This document shows, in pieces, positions 60,432-64,000 of a stretch of DNA of 64,000 nucleotides. The stretch lies in the sequence record PZ583741.1; one strand, written 5' to 3'. Under the pieces are notes generated by a model. It was not told the origin of the DNA, did not search any database, and worked only from the letters and a program-made list of their open reading frames with translations. Source of the DNA: a phage. The position numbers were made by a program, and so were the translations under genes. Each line of letters starts with the position of its first letter. Position 1 is the first letter of the stretch.

Positions 60432-60781
60432 TACAGGTACTGGGCCTCAAAATGGTACGTCTGGCAAAGAGTGTAAAATCCAACATCCTCGCTACGGTAG
60501 AGCTGCCAGGCATTACCATCCTCATCGTAAATGTAACCAGCCGATTGACCTAGTCCAGCGTGAAGGTTCACCTGGTAACGTTTCTCTTCTTTAAAGTCTT
60601 TTTTAACTCCTGATTTATGGTTAACCTTCGTGCAGTAAATAGTTTTGGTCTTAATGTATTTGCCGCGCTCTTCCAGGTTAATCCATTTGCCATCTTTCTT
60701 GATTTGTTCTACACCATCTTTAACTCGAGCTTTGTATAATACGTTATCGTTGCTAATGAAGTTTTTAGTAATCGTTGTCAT
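60431..60781 (-). CDS. hypothetical protein
   Basis: 116 aa after minus-strand cassette. Confidence 0.4.
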   Translation of the reverse strand: MTTITKNFISNDNVLYKARVKDGVEQIKKDGKWINLEERGKYIKTKTIYCTKVNHKSGVKKDFKEEKRYQVNLHAGLGQSAGYIYDEDGNAWQLYRSEDVGFYTLCQTYHFEAQYL

Positions 60782-60844
60782 TTTGTTTGCCTTTTTGTGT
60801 TTCGTTTCGATGAGATGAATATACAGGAAAAGCCCCGAAGGGCT

Positions 60845-60862
60845 TTAGCAATTCGTGCTATT
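60845..60862 (-). promoter_or_regulatory. B cassette motif on minus strand (aatagcacgaattgctaa) followed by hairpin
   Basis: Downstream on minus: gcccttcggggctttt hairpin, then catcgaaacgaaac. Confidence 0.5.
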
Positions 60863-61005
60863 TCGTGCTTTTTCTATCGCCTTGAGCATAATTTCATGAC
60901 TCTCTAGCAAGTCCTCGCGAAACCAGTCTCCGCAGGGCCAGCCCTTTCCGCTGTAAGCACTTATGACCTCAAGGTCGAAATAATTTATCTCAGATGGTAA
61001 TAGCA

Positions 61006-61266
61006 TCACTTCACCTCATCAAAAGTTGCAATTCCAGGGATTACTAGCTTTCGCACCCAGCCATTAATGTCAATACAGCTATTAATTGCAATCCATCCAG
61101 AATCGTGCTTGTGCGGTCGCTCAGCGCCATTAATAACCCATTCGTTCGGGATTGTCTTGCCGTTAATTATTAGCGGCTCTGCGTCGTATACAGAGCCTTT
61201 AACGAAAGGCGTTAAGACTTTCTTGTCGGTACTATTGATAACGTTAGTGCAGATTATTTTAGTCAT
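61006..61266 (-). CDS. hypothetical protein
   Basis: 86 aa ORF. Confidence 0.35.
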   Translation of the reverse strand: MTKIICTNVINSTDKKVLTPFVKGSVYDAEPLIINGKTIPNEWVINGAERPHKHDSGWIAINSCIDINGWVRKLVIPGIATFDEVK

Positions 61267-61450
61267 TTACAACCTCGTACTCACCTTTATAAACAGCGAC
61301 CTCTTCATTCACATTGTTGACAATCACTGCTAAACAAAGAGCACCCAAATACTTTACCACTTCGTACTCGCAGCCCAACGTCAGACAATAGTCCTCACAT
61401 GAACGTCCACTGCAATCTAAATCTTCGAATTTAACTAACTTAATTTTCAT
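61259..61450 (-). CDS. hypothetical protein
   Basis: 63 aa ORF. Confidence 0.3.
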   Translation of the reverse strand: MKIKLVKFEDLDCSGRSCEDYCLTLGCEYEVVKYLGALCLAVIVNNVNEEVAVYKGEYEVVND

Positions 61451-61460
61451 ATCTCAATCC

Positions 61461-61640
61461 TCAAATAAATGGTAAGCATTCAGTGCAGCCGAGGCCGTCA
61501 CAACAGAAAAATTCATCCTCTGACTGGAACTGCTTTGCCAGATCAATATCCAACTTTCCGCGCAACACAAGGTCGGTGTAATCCTCGTTAAGCCCAATCA
61601 GTGCGCATTCGTGACGTAACTCATCTTTATTCTTTTTCAT
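61461..61640 (-). CDS. hypothetical small Cys-containing protein (59 aa)
   Basis: ORF read on minus strand, ends FFCCDGLGCTECLPFI; not in track. Confidence 0.25.
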   Translation of the reverse strand: MKKNKDELRHECALIGLNEDYTDLVLRGKLDIDLAKQFQSEDEFFCCDGLGCTECLPFI

Positions 61641-61939
61641 TTCTCATGGCCCTTTAAATTATGGCGCTTATTCAGAACTTCAACCCATTCTTGCGCGTCT
61701 TTCTCTCTCATGAAGAAGCTTAACTTTGGGTGCTTGTGAAAACCTTTAAGTTCAACAATCCAATGACCACCTTCGTAACTATAACTAACTTTCTTCTCTG
61801 TCATTTCGTTACCTTTTGAGTTTTTTATTATCGACATCTCTTCAACGTACTCGCTACAACTCGGGATTTTACTCCCGGCCCGGCATTCTAACAAAAGGAC
61901 CCGCTCGGCGCTTTGGTGGGTGAGGTAACGCTTCCTCAC
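61637..61939 (-). CDS. hypothetical protein (start uncertain)
   Basis: 100 aa track ORF; 5' part overlaps a GC-rich structured stretch, so an internal Met may be the real start. Confidence 0.3.
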   Translation of the reverse strand: MRKRYLTHQSAERVLLLECRAGSKIPSCSEYVEEMSIIKNSKGNEMTEKKVSYSYEGGHWIVELKGFHKHPKLSFFMREKDAQEWVEVLNKRHNLKGHEK

Positions 61940-62662
61940 ATTGCGCGGTAGTATTTACCCTTTTTAGTCTCTTTCGAGAGTGACTCAGAGTCTGCTACCG
62001 TGTCGATGAGATTAAGTATACGCATAGTTAGCCACACTGTCTTTAGCAAAAAGTGCTATTCGTTAGATTTATGGATTGTTGCAGATATTGCAATGATTCA
62101 CATGACTATTGCACATACAGCAATATTGCTTCAGATGCAATGATGTTTTTGATTGTTGCGAAAATTGAAATGAAGTGGAGATTGAGTGAATGAAAGATGG
62201 ATGGACTACCATACAAGTTGATTTTGATCTTGACTGAGCCATTTTCACGCTTACACGTAACCGCTGTAGCGCGATGTAAGCCAACGCCTATCGTTACGCG
62301 AGTTACGCGAAGCTACGCCATGACTTACACTATAAGTGCTTAATATATATATATATCTTCTTTCTATTATTATTATTATTATTAATATTATTGTATGTAA
62401 GTCATGTAACCGGGTGTTCGGCGGTATCTATATGTTTTTTCCTATCAGAATACATTATTTCCATTTTATGCGAGATTTAGCCATTATGGGGCCACCTAGC
62501 TAATTTACCTCGTTACACGCACGACACGAAACTACATTGAGCTATAGCTGGGCTGGTGTGCCATTTCGCGTAACGACCCCCAAAAGTTACCAAAAATTAC
62601 ACTTGACTACATGTGTAAGTCGGGATATGATGGATTCAACTTAAACGAGAGGAGTAATAGAA
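61940..62662. promoter_or_regulatory. AT-rich divergent control region (copy 2) with (TA)n, (ATT)n and 20-bp element cattgagctatagctgggct
   Basis: Element at 62535..62554; (tatt)/(att) run 62361..62390; paralogous to 43440..43938. Confidence 0.5.
62043..62060 (-). promoter_or_regulatory. B cassette motif on minus strand, variant (aatagcactttttgctaa)
   Basis: Reverse complement read directly. Confidence 0.45.
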
Positions 62663-63142
62663 ATGAACGAGAAAGTAACATTGGGACAAGTGATTCGTGA
62701 GATGGTAAAGGCAGCGCTTAAGTCTGAGGACAAGCAGATCAGCGTGACACTTAACAAGATTGAGAGCCTTATTGGTGCTGAGGAGGGTGGCCTACACAAG
62801 CTTAAGAGCTCATATATCTACAATACAACGGCTCGCATGCCAGAGTTGAGGGATGCAGGACTGAAGGCAACTCACCACTATGATGACGATGAGGGTGGCA
62901 GTGAATTTGGAGAAACAACTTTAGCGGGAGAAAGGAAGTTAGTTATCAAGCTAATACCAGGCACGGCAAACATTGGAATCAGGAAAAAGACCAACGACGC
63001 GGTCAAGGATGAGGCAATCACTGAGTTCAAGGCGAAGATTTCTAAGGTGATGCCAGATCTCTCTGAGTATGAGGGTGAAGCGCTTGCAGCCGCCATGAAG
63101 GCCATTAAGGATTACCGTTTAATTATTGAGGAGATTAAGTAA
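62663..63142 (+). CDS. hypothetical protein
   Basis: 159 aa, RBS gagaggag upstream. Confidence 0.4.
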   Translation: MNEKVTLGQVIREMVKAALKSEDKQISVTLNKIESLIGAEEGGLHKLKSSYIYNTTARMPELRDAGLKATHHYDDDEGGSEFGETTLAGERKLVIKLIPGTANIGIRKKTNDAVKDEAITEFKAKISKVMPDLSEYEGEALAAAMKAIKDYRLIIEEIK

Positions 63143-63666
63143 TGTTTGACTTTAACGATGATAAACTGACAGAAGAGCAGGTAATTGAGATATCCAAGCA
63201 AGATGGACTGCCTCCGCTGCGAATTGCAATCAATGCTAACGGTTATCGACAGTCAACTGCGTTTTGGGGCTCGATTGATACATCAGAGGTGTATAGTGGT
63301 GATGAGCTTGGTGTACTGATTAAAATCATCAGGAAAATGGGAGTCAACGGCAAAGGAGTTGTCGGCATCAGGTCTCTATATGAAGGTGCTCGCAAGCTGA
63401 AACCATTTACGGGTCGCGATGGAATGATGCTACTGATTAAGGATAAGCTAATTCCAGAACTCGACAAGATGAATGTTACCTGTCTAATTGGAGATAAGGT
63501 TTACGTCAACCCTTCCTTGACGGATTTAAGCTGGCAGCCTAACTTCAAAACTTACGAAGGTGAGCACCATAGCAGACTACCATACCACTTGCGGTACAGT
63601 GAGGAGGAGGTTGAGAAGGCGATTGAGTTCTACCGGAAAGCTAAATCACTCCTGAATGGTAAATAG
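63142..63666 (+). CDS. truncated paralog of P-loop protein 58773..60356 (lacks the NTPase core)
   Basis: 174 aa; MFDFNDDKLTEEQV...LPPLRIAINANGYRQS and GKGVVGIRSLYE...CLIGDKVYVNP match the N- and C-termini of the 527-aa protein. Confidence 0.45.
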   Translation: MFDFNDDKLTEEQVIEISKQDGLPPLRIAINANGYRQSTAFWGSIDTSEVYSGDELGVLIKIIRKMGVNGKGVVGIRSLYEGARKLKPFTGRDGMMLLIKDKLIPELDKMNVTCLIGDKVYVNPSLTDLSWQPNFKTYEGEHHSRLPYHLRYSEEEVEKAIEFYRKAKSLLNGK

Positions 63667-63680
63667 CACTTTTTGCCTAA
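63663..63680 (+). promoter_or_regulatory. B cassette motif, variant (atagcactttttgcctaa)
   Basis: Then ggatggcataatagcc and catcgaaacgagag. Confidence 0.45.
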
Positions 63681-63742
63681 CGCGGTAATGCCAAGGATGG
63701 CATAATAGCCTCATCGAAACGAGAGATACCAAGGAAAACAAA

Positions 63743-63931
63743 ATGTCTAAGCGCATCACTAAAGAACTTAAAGTGCTGAACAAAGAAAACGTAATCACCA
63801 TCCTGACAATGTTTGGCTACAACGAAGAATCTGCCATTGCAAAGGTTGAATCTGGTTACGATGTTGCGGTACGAAGCATGCCGGAAGCAACCTCAAAAGG
63901 TATCGCCGACTTCCTGGCTACATGTTACTAA
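63743..63931 (+). CDS. hypothetical small protein
   Basis: 62 aa; its last 58 nt are the start of the 127-bp repeat shared with 17652.. Confidence 0.4.
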   Translation: MSKRITKELKVLNKENVITILTMFGYNEESAIAKVESGYDVAVRSMPEATSKGIADFLATCY

Positions 63932-64000
63932 GTTATCTTACAAGGCATCTCGTGGGGTGCCTCAGTAAGACAACCGGAGATAGAGCATGAAAACCAAAAT
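63874..64000. repeat. 127-bp exact copy of 17652..17778 (terminal overlap of circular genome B)
   Basis: Base-by-base identity; period 46,222 bp; repeat ends exactly at the window end. Confidence 0.85.

Noticed and set aside
61850-62040. Possible tRNA or small RNA in the GC-rich stretch on the minus strand
   Set aside because: Hairpins are present (gtgaggaagcgttacctcac) but no cloverleaf; the region is also covered by ORF 61637..61939, so it is left unresolved.
17951-63680. Possibility that the repeated 18-nt motif is a CRISPR array or MITE family
   Set aside because: Copies are separated by irregular distances of 0.2 to 12 kb, sit precisely between stop codons and downstream start codons on both strands, and have no spacer-repeat periodicity or terminal inverted repeats.

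Overview
The window is entirely bacteriophage DNA (no bacterial housekeeping genes, no integrase, no CRISPR array) and appears to be a composite of two related but distinct T1-like siphovirus sequences. Part A (1..17651) carries a minus-strand replication/recombination module (SSB, annealing protein, exonuclease, VRR-NUC, SF2 helicase, divergent primase), an iteron-like regulatory region, and the start of a packaging module: small terminase, a large terminase interrupted by a 363-aa LAGLIDADG intein in its Walker A motif, an HNH endonuclease and a portal. Part B (17652..64000) looks like a complete circular genome of 46,222 bp: the last 127 bp of the window (63874..64000) exactly repeat 17652..17778. 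B encodes small early genes, tRNA-Arg(UCU), packaging, head, a lambda-like tail module ending in a J-like fibre, a lipoprotein plus Rha on the minus strand, a second replication module homologous to A's, a minus-strand tailspike, nucleotide-metabolism genes and a pinholin / SAR-endolysin / u-spanin lysis cassette. B alone carries about 19 copies of a conserved promoter/operator cassette (ATAGCAC-N5-TTGCTAAA, 22 nt, TATAGT). All calls are from reading the sequence and ORF translations by eye; no database search was run, so family names are motif-based and coordinates of short elements are approximate.
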